A DNA stretch of 64,000 nt from an uncultured delta proteobacterium (GTDB lineage Bacteria; Desulfobacterota; Syntrophia; Syntrophales; UBA5619). The stretch covers positions 42,845-106,844 of the forward strand of contig CAWFOM010000025.1 in assembly GCA_963817385.1 (NCBI GenBank). The letters run 5' to 3'. A program made the translations under genes and the position numbers. Position 1 is the first letter of the stretch. Each line of letters begins with the position of its first letter. The notes under the pieces are model-generated. The model was given only the letters and a program-made list of their open reading frames with translations, made no database searches and was not told where the DNA came from. Shown here in pieces: positions 11,214-21,400 of the stretch.

Positions 11214-12527
11214 TTACCTCGTTATCAATGATGGCAGCCAAAGGGCGATCTCCGGGAAAATTATGACGATAATAAGCCCGATACCCTGAAGAATCACGAA
11301 CGGTACGATAGATCGGTAGATATCGCTCATTGTTATTCCGGGCGGAACTATGGCCTTCATATAAAACAGGTTGAACCCAAAAGGAGGGGTCAGGTACCCC
11401 ATCTCCATGTTCATGATGAAAAGAACGCCGAACCAGAGGGGATCAAATCCCAGGGCCGTGATTACCGGGACAAAGACGGGGGTGCAGATCATGATGATGC
11501 CCACAGGGTCCAGGATACATCCCAGGATGAAAAAGATTATCTGCATGGTGATCAGGATGGCCCAGCGCCCTCCGGGAATGGACATCATAATATGTTCCAT
11601 CAGGACATGCGCCCCGGTACCGGTGTAAACAGCCGTGAAACCGTAAGCCCCGATGAGGATCCAGATGATCAGGGCCGTAAGGGCGGCGGTCCGGAAACAG
11701 GACTCTTTGATCAAAGTCCAGTTCAGTTTACGATAGACAGCCGCCGAAATGATCGCCCCTACGCATCCCAGGGCGGAGGCCTCGGTGGCCGTGCAAACTC
11801 CCGCATAAATCGATCCCAGAACCATGATGATAATCATAATCGGCAGCAGCACCGCCCTGAGGGATATAAATTTCTCCCGCCAGGATACCCTTTCTTCCAC
11901 GGGAAGGGGAGGCCCCAGGTTAGGCTGGAAGTGACAGCGGACGCCGATGTAAAGGATGAAGAGAGCGGCGAGCAGAAGACCGGGCAATATTCCGCCGGCG
12001 AACAGCCCCCCGATGGACACGCCGGTCAGGGTCGCGTAAAGAATCATGGGCACGCTGGGAGGAATCAGTATCCCCAGCGCCCCTCCGCCGGAGATGCAAC
12101 CCATGGCAATTGTTTTATCATAGCCCCGGCTGAGCATGGCCGGAAGGGCAATGATCCCCATGGATACGGTTGCCGCCCCGCTGATCCCGGCCATAGCGGC
12201 GAATATGGTGCAGATGATCACCGTGCCGATGGCCAACCCGCCCGGTACAGGGCCCATCCAGCGGTGCATCAGGGTGTAAAGGTCATCGGCCACTCCCGCT
12301 CGTTCTAAAATCATCGACATAAAGATAAAGAGAGGAATGGCCAGCAAGGTAAATTTCCCCATGGATGCATAGGCTTGGGTTACGATCAGGTAAAGGCCCC
12401 GGTCTCCCCAGAGAAGATACGAACCTACCACCCCTACGCCTCCCAGAACAAAAGCCAGGGGAAGGCCCAAAGCCAGGAACAGGAGGAGGGCTCCGAAGAG
12501 CAGAACAGTGATTAATTCAATGCTCAT
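11214..12527 (-). CDS. dctM: TRAP transporter large permease
   Basis: LLAIPLF, GILIPPS, TATEA, TPPFG motifs. Confidence 0.93.
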   Translation of the reverse strand: MSIELITVLLFGALLLFLALGLPLAFVLGGVGVVGSYLLWGDRGLYLIVTQAYASMGKFTLLAIPLFIFMSMILERAGVADDLYTLMHRWMGPVPGGLAIGTVIICTIFAAMAGISGAATVSMGIIALPAMLSRGYDKTIAMGCISGGGALGILIPPSVPMILYATLTGVSIGGLFAGGILPGLLLAALFILYIGVRCHFQPNLGPPLPVEERVSWREKFISLRAVLLPIMIIIMVLGSIYAGVCTATEASALGCVGAIISAAVYRKLNWTLIKESCFRTAALTALIIWILIGAYGFTAVYTGTGAHVLMEHIMMSIPGGRWAILITMQIIFFILGCILDPVGIIMICTPVFVPVITALGFDPLWFGVLFIMNMEMGYLTPPFGFNLFYMKAIVPPGITMSDIYRSIVPFVILQGIGLIIVIIFPEIALWLPSLITR

Positions 12528-13031
12528 GGCGCATCCTCCTTGCCGGTAATGGCCACTTTGATATCCCCGATATATTTGACCAGGCCCTGCAGCAGGAGGA
12601 GTAAAGCACCCAGCGGGATCAACATTTTAAGCGGATAGATGGGCGGGGCAAAAACGGTCGAATCAGTCTCCCGATACAACGAAAGAATCCCAGGCCATCT
12701 CCCCCCCTTTTACCAAAATCACTCCGCAAAAAGCGAAGAAGAGGAGCCAGGTGAAGAGATTGATAATTGCCCGAGTGCGGGGTTTGAAGCGCTGGTAAAG
12801 AATATCCACGTTCACATGTCCATTGCGCTGCTGGAGATACCCCCCCAGGAGAATGACGTAGGCGCCATAGACCATCTGGGAAATTTCGTGAGCCCAGATG
12901 GTCGGGCTGTTGAAAAAATACCGGGCAACGATCTCATACACGATCACGCCGACGAGAACGAGAATCAAAAAGCTGACTGCTTTGCCGATCAGCTCATTCA
13001 TCCGGTCGATCACCTTAAAAAACTTTTTCAT
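12524..13031 (-). CDS. dctQ: TRAP transporter small permease (frameshift near 12680)
   Basis: RYFFNSPTIWAHE, HVNVDI; C-terminus ETDSTVFAPPIYPLK...KEDAP* in another frame overlaps the dctM ATG. Confidence 0.85.
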
Positions 13032-13088
13032 CAGTAACCTCCCTTGCAAAATGAAAGCGCGAAAGGATCGACTAATTTCAGGATCTGA

Positions 13089-14126
13089 TCAATCGATGTA
13101 CTTAAGTTTTCTAAGGTAATCCTTCAGCATGCCGATGGCTTTGGCCGAATCGGCGTCTTTGGCCGCCACCTTATCCCACTCCTTCATTGCCGCCGCCATC
13201 ATTTTTTTCTGGTCTGCGGGTTCCAGGGTGGATACCGTGACTTTATAATCCTTAATCATGGTATCCAAAGCTTTACGCTCATCGCCCACATACTCTTCCG
13301 TCCGTTGATATACTCTATCCTTCAGTGCCTTATCGAGGATGGTCTGCAGATCCTTGGGCAGGGCATTAAAGGCATCCCTGTTGATGATGATCACATCGGT
13401 GCCGGCCATGGCCAGATCGGGCTGAATATAGTACTTGGCTACCTCGCAGAGTTTCATGCTCAGCGCTCCGCCGGCCGCGCCCCAGTGCGCCCCATCGATG
13501 ACGCCCGTTTGCAGGGCCAGATAAAGTTCCTCACCGGGAATCATGCTGGGGACGGCGCCCAGATCTTTCAGCATTTCGGCAATCGCCCCGGAAGAACGTA
13601 CTTTATATCCTTTGAAATCCTCGATTTTACGGATCGGTCTTTTCCCGATCATCGCCGTGGGATAAATCTTCTCCGTGTAATAAAGCAGGTTGTGCTTGGC
13701 GTGAGCGTCTTTCAGCATCTGCTCGAAACCGAGGTTGAAATGAAAATACAACCCCTCCTTGGCATTGCGGAAAGTCATCGGACAGTTGGCCGCTACCGCA
13801 GCGATGGGAATAATGCTCATCCAGTAGATCGGGGCTGCCGTTGCTCCTTCAATTGTGCCTTTGCGGCAGACGGCGAATATATCCTTGGAGGGAGCCATGG
13901 CTCCGGCCGGATGGAGCGTTATCTGCAGCCGTCCATTGGTCAGCTTGTTCAGATTTTGATCGAAAAAATCTTTCAGCGGTTTGAAGGATGTGCTTCCTGC
14001 CGGCCAGTGAGACTGAAAATTCCATTTGTATACCTTTTGGTCTGCCGGTTGCTGGGCCATGGCGACGCCCGTCGAAAAAACCATCAAAAAACCGATTAAA
14101 CAAACGCAAAATAATCTGTTTTTCAT
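13089..14126 (-). CDS. dctP: TRAP substrate-binding protein
   Basis: Signal peptide; TNGRLQI, DFKGYKVR, ELYLALQTGVIDG. Confidence 0.92.
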   Translation of the reverse strand: MKNRLFCVCLIGFLMVFSTGVAMAQQPADQKVYKWNFQSHWPAGSTSFKPLKDFFDQNLNKLTNGRLQITLHPAGAMAPSKDIFAVCRKGTIEGATAAPIYWMSIIPIAAVAANCPMTFRNAKEGLYFHFNLGFEQMLKDAHAKHNLLYYTEKIYPTAMIGKRPIRKIEDFKGYKVRSSGAIAEMLKDLGAVPSMIPGEELYLALQTGVIDGAHWGAAGGALSMKLCEVAKYYIQPDLAMAGTDVIIINRDAFNALPKDLQTILDKALKDRVYQRTEEYVGDERKALDTMIKDYKVTVSTLEPADQKKMMAAAMKEWDKVAAKDADSAKAIGMLKDYLRKLKYID

Positions 14127-14140
14127 TTTGAAGCCTCCTT

Positions 14141-15762
14141 TTACGTTAGAGTTTTGGAAATTTTTCTCAGTTCTCTCCGTAATATTTTACCTACCGCGCT
14201 CTTTGGCAATGAATCCATAAGCTGAATCGATTTCGGTCTTTTATAGGTGGGTAAATTCTCCTCGCAAAAATCCATTAGATGCTCTTCAGTGGCTGCCCTG
14301 CAGTTTTGAGGACAACAAACGCCTTTACCGCTTCACCATAAACAGGGTCGGGAATGCCGATAACTCCCGCTTCCAGCACTTGAGGATGCATATGGAGAAC
14401 ATTCTCTATTTCCTTTGGGTAAATATTCTCTCCTCCACGGATGATCAGGTCTTTCTTTCTATCCGTGATGTAAAGGTACCCATCATCGTCGGCATATCCT
14501 ATATCACCGGTGTGAAGCCAGCCGTTCCTGAGCACTTCTGCTGTTTCACCGGGTTTATTCCAGTAACCCTTCATAACTCCCGGCCCTTTGATTACGATCT
14601 CTCCCGCCTGGCCGGGCGGAAGCTCACAGTCTTTTTCGTCAAATATCTTGATCATATTGCACTTCTGATAACACTTGCCGATGGAGCCGTATTTAGGCGG
14701 CCGTCTACACGCTAAGTTGCCACAGTTGACGGTGGTCGCTTCGCTTAGTCCATACCCTTCCCAGATATCCATGCCGTATCTCTCCCGCCAATTGCGGGCT
14801 ACCTCCAAGGGCATAGGGGCGGAGCCGCAGATGCAGGTTTTCAGGGAACTCAAATCATATGTGGAGGCAGCGGGATGGTTAAGCAGTTGAATGTACATGG
14901 TAGGCACAGCGCGAAATTCGGTGATTTTGAATTGCTCAATACACCTCATCGCTTCCTCTGTATCCCACCGGCTGATCAAGACCATTTTCCCTCCCGTTAG
15001 GAACTCCAGACTCAAAGCGAATACTCCGTACCCGTGGAACAAGGGAAGCGTTATCAACGAGACGCGACTCCGGGTGACGCCAAATACCTCCGCTTTCCGA
15101 TCAGCAATTTTATCCTGTCCGTCATCGCGCTTTTGAATTTTACCTTTCGCGGTAACGCCCCAAGTGTCCAGTAAGACCAATTCATAATATCCGGTGACAT
15201 GCGTATACCAGTTATAATGGGTGAGCATCACTCCTTTCGGATTTCCCGTCGTGCCTGCGGTATATATTATGACAGCGGTATCGTCGTTATCTGTTTCCTC
15301 TATGAGAAGCTTATCCGAACCGCGTTGAATAATTTCATCGTAAGATAAAACATCCTTCGGAACTGCATTTCCAATCAAGATTACATGCTTAAGATCCGTT
15401 GCCTCGCGGCGAGCCTCTCTTATGTTGTCGATATAATCTGCGCTGCTCACCAGAGCGGCGATACCCGCGTCCCGATAAATATAGGCAAGTTCGTGTATAC
15501 GCAGTGAAGGATTCACCGGAACCAATATGGCCCCGATCTTAAAAACGGCGAAAAATGTCTGCATGAGTTGAGGGCAGTTCAACAGTTGAACACCCACACG
15601 GTCTCCCTTTTTGACTCCCAGACTTTTTAGGGCATTCCCCAACCTGTTGGCAGTACGGTTCATTTCAACATTGGTATGCCACCGCCCTTCAAAATTGACG
15701 AACTTGTATTCGCCAAATCGTTGGATGTTGTCATCTGCCAACCTCCCGATATTCATCGCCAT
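14141..15762 (-). CDS. Long-chain acyl-CoA synthetase (AMP-binding), frameshift near 14295
   Basis: [25 protein letters not shown]-terminal [15 protein letters not shown] lies in the shifted frame. Confidence 0.9.
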
Positions 15763-15805
15763 ATTTCCTTTCTCAAGGATACGGTTCGAGCTTCCTTATA
15801 TGGAC

Positions 15806-17488
15806 CTACGTCTGCTTTTTTTCTTCTGCCGCTGCCGCGAATCCAATTTGAGACAGAAATTTTTCAACCTCTTTAACCCAAATGGATCTTCCCTCATAAT
15901 CGGCAAACAAACTGTGGCCGTCCTTTTTGAAAGGAGGAAGGGCGATTAGCCTCGCCTGCCCGCCGTTCTTTCGGTACTGTTCATAGGCTCTCCCGGCGGT
16001 GGTCGGTGAGAAATAACTGTCATTTTCGGTGTAAAACCATAGGGAGGGGATTTGCGTCGTTTTCGCATAGATACCGAAGGTACTCGCCAGGTCGAATTCC
16101 CACATGGCGTTGCCGGTTTTCAAACCTCCGGCAAAATTGATGATTCCCTTAACGTCCGGATTGGCCATGCTGCCATAAGCCAGTGAGGCCAGGCCGCCGC
16201 CGGATTGTCCAACCAGAACAATGTTTTTTCCATCAACGTAGGGTTCCCTGCGCATGAAGTCAATTGTCGTCTGAATGTCCTTGGCGTCTTCCATACCGAA
16301 AGTGGTAATGTTCCCGTAGGCCGTATTCTTCTGCCCACCTGACTTGCCATACCCGCGCCGCATCGGAATGGCTACTACAAATCCGCGCTTTACGAATTCC
16401 TGACTCTGCAGGCAGTAACGGTGTCGTGATTTTACTTCCGATTCAAGGATTTTCTCAAAGGGGACACCATGACTGATAATCACCAATGGAAACGGACCGG
16501 GACCGTCAGGTTTATAGACGGTCGTCTGCAGTCGTCCCTCTCCCCCGTCACCCTGCCCGGGAATCAAAATCACCTTTTCATTCAGGAAAGAACGTTCATT
16601 TGCTGCGATGGGCGGCGAAAGCCTCTTCCCATCGATCCAGTCGCTGATGGTTGCTGCCGCTTTCACATCGAGGCCGAAGAGACCGTGCTTCGTGCGTGAG
16701 TCGCAGGGATTATTGCTTTTGTCAGGTTCCCCGCCGGAAAACGGGAACAGGGTAAAAGAATATTTTTCGGCGATTTCGCTCGCCTCGATAGCGGGAGAGC
16801 TGTCGCAGTTGTCCTCCAGGTGATGAATCATCAGAACCGGTGTTTTGACGGCTGAATGGTCATAGGCATGCAACTGGCTGGTATCCGCCCCGGCTAAAAT
16901 GACGCCGTCTAAATCCTTGCCGAGGTTTCCGGCAGCAAATAGAGCGGAAACACCGCCGCTTCCGCTGGACGCAAAGTAGATTTTGCTTTTCGGATACCGT
17001 GTCCTCAGATCTTTCAGCACCGTCCCGAGGTCGGTGGCATGTTCCCGGCCCTTCCGGAAAGCGACGTTCATCCCCTTGCTCCGGTCTGAAGGAACATCGG
17101 GCATCGCCAGGCCGATCGAGCGCTCATGAAGCATGGCCGTGCTGCGAATGAATAAATTATATTGGAGATCATGCCTGATTTTTCCGTCCTGGGTTTTCAA
17201 ATTGAGCACCCCGTTGCCTCCCGGGATGACGAGCAAGACTGCCTTGGGCTCGCCATTCGCGGGCGTATCGAGAAAATAGGAAAGAGTGACGTTCGGCCCC
17301 GCGCCCATCACATCGTACCGGCTGGTCAGCGTAACCAGCTCCTGTTTGGCCATGATGGCATCCGGGAGCAAAACAAGAAACAGGGTCAACACAAAAACGG
17401 CGCAGATCTTCGAGCCTTCCACCGCGCCCCAGCCGCTTTCCTTCAGCTTTGGATCAATCAAATTCATTCTGGTTTCCTCTTCGGTCAT
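15806..17488 (-). CDS. Tandem alpha/beta hydrolase (C-terminal dienelactone-hydrolase/peptidase-like domain) with a foreign N-terminal 28 aa
   Basis: SSGSGG and GQSGGG elbows, PGPFPLVIISHG, DGH; signal-peptide-like segment after the first 28 aa. Confidence 0.75.
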   Translation of the reverse strand: MTEEETRMNLIDPKLKESGWGAVEGSKICAVFVLTLFLVLLPDAIMAKQELVTLTSRYDVMGAGPNVTLSYFLDTPANGEPKAVLLVIPGGNGVLNLKTQDGKIRHDLQYNLFIRSTAMLHERSIGLAMPDVPSDRSKGMNVAFRKGREHATDLGTVLKDLRTRYPKSKIYFASSGSGGVSALFAAGNLGKDLDGVILAGADTSQLHAYDHSAVKTPVLMIHHLEDNCDSSPAIEASEIAEKYSFTLFPFSGGEPDKSNNPCDSRTKHGLFGLDVKAAATISDWIDGKRLSPPIAANERSFLNEKVILIPGQGDGGEGRLQTTVYKPDGPGPFPLVIISHGVPFEKILESEVKSRHRYCLQSQEFVKRGFVVAIPMRRGYGKSGGQKNTAYGNITTFGMEDAKDIQTTIDFMRREPYVDGKNIVLVGQSGGGLASLAYGSMANPDVKGIINFAGGLKTGNAMWEFDLASTFGIYAKTTQIPSLWFYTENDSYFSPTTAGRAYEQYRKNGGQARLIALPPFKKDGHSLFADYEGRSIWVKEVEKFLSQIGFAAAAEEKKQT

Positions 17489-17597
17489 GGGTTGTAATCT
17501 CCGATTTTCCAAACGCCTTTTTCCCGGAAAGCCGGAATCGTCTGTCTGCGGGCGGCGTTAAGAGTCCTCCGGCCTGCGATTGATAGTGCTATGGAGC

Positions 17598-18329
17598 CTA
17601 TCCGGCGGAGAGCTTCTGTGACGCCGCCTTGCCGTGCGGGCAGGCCCAGAGGCACATGCCGCACTCGTTCACCCCTTTCGCTTCGCGGCACTGCGCACGG
17701 TACTCTTTGCATTTCTGCGTGTCGAACCGCAGGTCGCGGTGCTCGTCCTCGCGGAAGATTCTCCCGGTGAACGCCTGTGCAGGGCAGGCGTCCACGCATT
17801 CCCTGCAGTCGCCGCAGCGCGTGTCCATCGGCCGCCCGGTCACCGCAAGCGGTGCGTCGGTGAGCACCGTCGCCCAGCGGCAGCGGGGACCGTTTTCCGG
17901 TGTGACCAGGAGACAGCTCTTGCCGATCCACCCGAGGCCGGCCATGTGCGCCGCCATCTTGTTCGAAAACACTCCGCTGTTGCGTACCGTGTTCACGGTC
18001 TGCGAGGCGGGCACCGGGTAGACCCGGTAACCCTGGTTCTGCAGCAGCTCCGCCACCTTCGAGGCGATGCGGTCGAGCCGCTGGTTGATGACCGTGTAGC
18101 AGTGGTGGCTGTAGTTCTGGGCGTGTGCGGTATCTTCGAGGCGCCGCGGAAGCTGATCGACGATCGGATGGAAGAGCTTGATGCCGATGGAAACGGCGCG
18201 GGGGAATGAAGCCACCAGATCCCCGCCCTGCTCGCGGATAGCCTCGCGGGCCGGTACGATATCGGCGATGCCGAAGAAATCCACGCCCTCAGCGGTTGCG
18301 CATTCGCGTATGAGTGTGTCCATGTCCAT
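17598..18329 (-). CDS. Epoxyqueuosine-reductase-like (QueG/RdhA-type) double 4Fe-4S protein
   Basis: AGLGWIGKS, CGDCRECVDACP, CGMCLWACP. Confidence 0.8.
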   Translation of the reverse strand: MDMDTLIRECATAEGVDFFGIADIVPAREAIREQGGDLVASFPRAVSIGIKLFHPIVDQLPRRLEDTAHAQNYSHHCYTVINQRLDRIASKVAELLQNQGYRVYPVPASQTVNTVRNSGVFSNKMAAHMAGLGWIGKSCLLVTPENGPRCRWATVLTDAPLAVTGRPMDTRCGDCRECVDACPAQAFTGRIFREDEHRDLRFDTQKCKEYRAQCREAKGVNECGMCLWACPHGKAASQKLSAG

Positions 18330-18469
18330 GAAAGTCTCCTCCTTATCTCTTTCCGCCGACGCCCATGGCCCGCATCCCCACCGCGCCGCAGGTGGACGGC
18401 CCGGGTGGTTCTCAACCTGGGAAAGTTCTTTCGCGTCCGGTCATGCATTCGTTGGCGTCAACTCTCTCC

Positions 18470-21400
18470 TTATGGAATGCCGATCTTGCCTATTTCTGTC
18501 CTTTCTGGTCCTGTTGTTACCCAGAACGCCGTGGCTACTCCATCAAGACGACCCTCTTTTATCCTCATGCATCCGCTGAGTTCCATCCGGCCTGGCCAAT
18601 TCTCATCTCTCTGCCATCCACCTCGGATGTCTTTTTCACCGAGAAGCGTCCATACAAGCCGGTACCCTTTGGTCTCCAGGAATGCGGACATGCATTCTTT
18701 ATCCATCAGAAAGGCCCGTGGACCAGGATTTCTGATAGAAGGATCTTGGGTCACCAGGTCTCCTGCGGCGTTGAAAAAGCACCCATCGACCCCACGCCAC
18801 GACAACTGCATATTGTTCGTAATCCATTTGGCTGGCAGATACATTGAGATCGTCTCGTCAATCGAACAGTCGTAGCCCGATCGCTCCTGCATGTATTGAT
18901 CAGTAGTTACGAGAACGTCGCACGGCAGAGGAGGATCCGCGTGTCCTCTTGTCCAGCCATCGCGGCTGTAGTAAGAATCATCAAAGTACTTGAAGGCAGG
19001 AGCCCAAAAGAACTCACCCAAACAGATACTCGTCTGTTCGCTAGACTCTGGCATCCTACTTCCCATGAAGTGCTGCTCGTTAGCCCAGTCATAGAATCGT
19101 GCTTCGTCCTCGGCTTTCACCAAATAACTCTTGAGCATGTACCAGATATTGCGCCGACTAATGTTGAACCTGTCCTTCTCGGGTGGCGTAGGCTCCTCCC
19201 AGTCGTAGAAGCACTCGAGGACGAGCCACTCCCTGCCAGTATGCGGATCAGTCACCACCGGCAACGGAGTAATCGTAGGCAGGAGGTCAATCCGTTTTCG
19301 CCACTGGACTTCATCCGGTTCTGTTGCCCAGTCGTCAAAAAGAACTGGCGCCCACCATGCGGAAACATTGGGTTCCCATTCACTGCGGCGAGTGGCCTTT
19401 AGCAAACATGAGGGATCAATGTCGCGACGCCCCAACTGCCAGGGGCCAACATAGACATTAGACTTCTCGGACCAAATGTTCTCTCGGAACTCCAGATTGT
19501 CCGCCATATGCGCGAGGAACTCGTGGTATGCAATCCATTGGTACTTCTTGCCGATTCGTTCCGGCTTGTAGGCAGAACGGCCAGTGTCTCTATATCGTTC
19601 ACGGTATCTGTCAAACCTGCCGAAGCGTTCAACAGTCCACCCGAGATCAATCACGCGCTTAAAAATCCATCTCTGGGCAATACTGACGGGAAGAGCGAAC
19701 TCGTCTTGCTCTGCTGGCGAAGCATCTAGGTATGGGAGAACCGTTGTACAGAACACGAAGGTCTTCTTTTTGCCCAAAGTTTTTCGGAATATGCCCTCCG
19801 CTTGATGCAGTGCTGCTGCCAATTCATCATCAGTGAATTTCCGATTGAACATCTCTCTCCTATTAGCTGCGTCTAACCGATGGTAGAGCTCCACGATGTG
19901 CTTGATTTTCAGATAGGAATCCCATGCCTTCCTCTGACGTTCAGCGAGTGAGTCCTCAAAAGCATCATATTGTTCCTTCCGGGATGGTATGCGTGGCTCG
20001 TTGAGACGGCGTGCTGACCAGTGAAGCTTGCCCCTGTCTGAACCCAGGATATATCGAGCAAAGTCTTCCGAGCCCATTACGGAATTATAAATTGAATGAA
20101 GCGCCCATTCCTCGTCAGGCATTCCCTGACTCCATTCACCATACTTCTCTATCTCCTCTTTTGGAGGAATGTCCAGGGGCCATTTGCTAATATATGGAGG
20201 TCTGACCTTCTCTGGCTGTACGTCCGTAAGATTCACACTATCGCGCAGCGCAACTTCGACGACACCTCTCGCATAGTCGCGTAGAAGAATGTGGCACGGG
20301 GGCGAATCATCTTTGAATACAAGTTCGTATACAATCTTGCCCAGTTGGCGCTTCGCCTCAGAATTATTGCTCCGGAGAGCACATCCATAGGCAACGGCGT
20401 AGAGCCGTTCCAGTACGTAAGGATCGTTAACCTTAACAAACTCGGGAATCACTTGACACAAGACATGCATGCGATCAACGAAAAGCGATACTAGTGCTTT
20501 TGTTGCCCGGTCTCGTAGAAAACGATGGGAGGTCGTAAGAAACCAGACCAACACCTTTCCTACAAGACGAATGGATTCGTCGGAAAGGTGGGACTTAGCG
20601 ATTTCGGACCATGCCCAGTCAATTAGGCGGTCTACAGACCCCTTCTCTCCATATTCATCATAGAGAAAGATAGACCACTGGACATCGCGGTCAGGTAATT
20701 CGAGACTCATCAGGTGGCTGTGCAAAAAATCTGCGTTAAACGGGTGTTCAGGATTTGGTGAGATTGTTAGGAACGCGTTTAGTAACTTGCGTTCAAGATC
20801 TTGTTCACCAATAATATGCTCATTGATGTAAGGTAAGCATCTATCAGAGACGGTTTTAGGGTCCCGCCATAGCAAACTCTCGATGAACGCCTCACATATC
20901 GGATGTGCGTCTTGGGTAGCGGGGATGAGCTCGAAGATTTCCATGCCGAGTATCTCTGGTCCCTGAATCGCGAGCGCCTCGGCTAAGCCACGGTTTTGCC
21001 AACAGGCCATTTCGTCCGCGAAACATTCACCAAGGGGCATGCCTCGGTCAAATGATGCAGTTGGATTGTCTCTGTCAACGTGCTTATCGAGGAGTTCTCG
21101 CATGACTAGATGATCCGCCAGACGCTCGTATGAGAAAGTGATCATCTCCTGATGCTGAGCACTATCGGCGTTACAAACAGTTTCGGTTAGAACCCCCTCT
21201 GAAAGTAGATGACGGAAGAGAGAGTTTTCGAAGCTGCGGTCGGGCAGAAGCTCGTCACAGATCACGCGTGCTTCCTCGCGTGGGATTGCATGACTGGCCC
21301 TCTCAGATATCAGCTCAGCGATCTTCTGGGTGGCTTGGCTGACAAGACGAGACTTCTCATCGTAGTCCAAGAATGTAGGCCTCGCCAACTTCTCGTTCAC

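Noticed and set aside
17598..18329. Respiratory reductive dehalogenase
   Set aside because: Too short, with no Tat signal and no RdhB anchor; it fits the QueG-like 4Fe-4S family better
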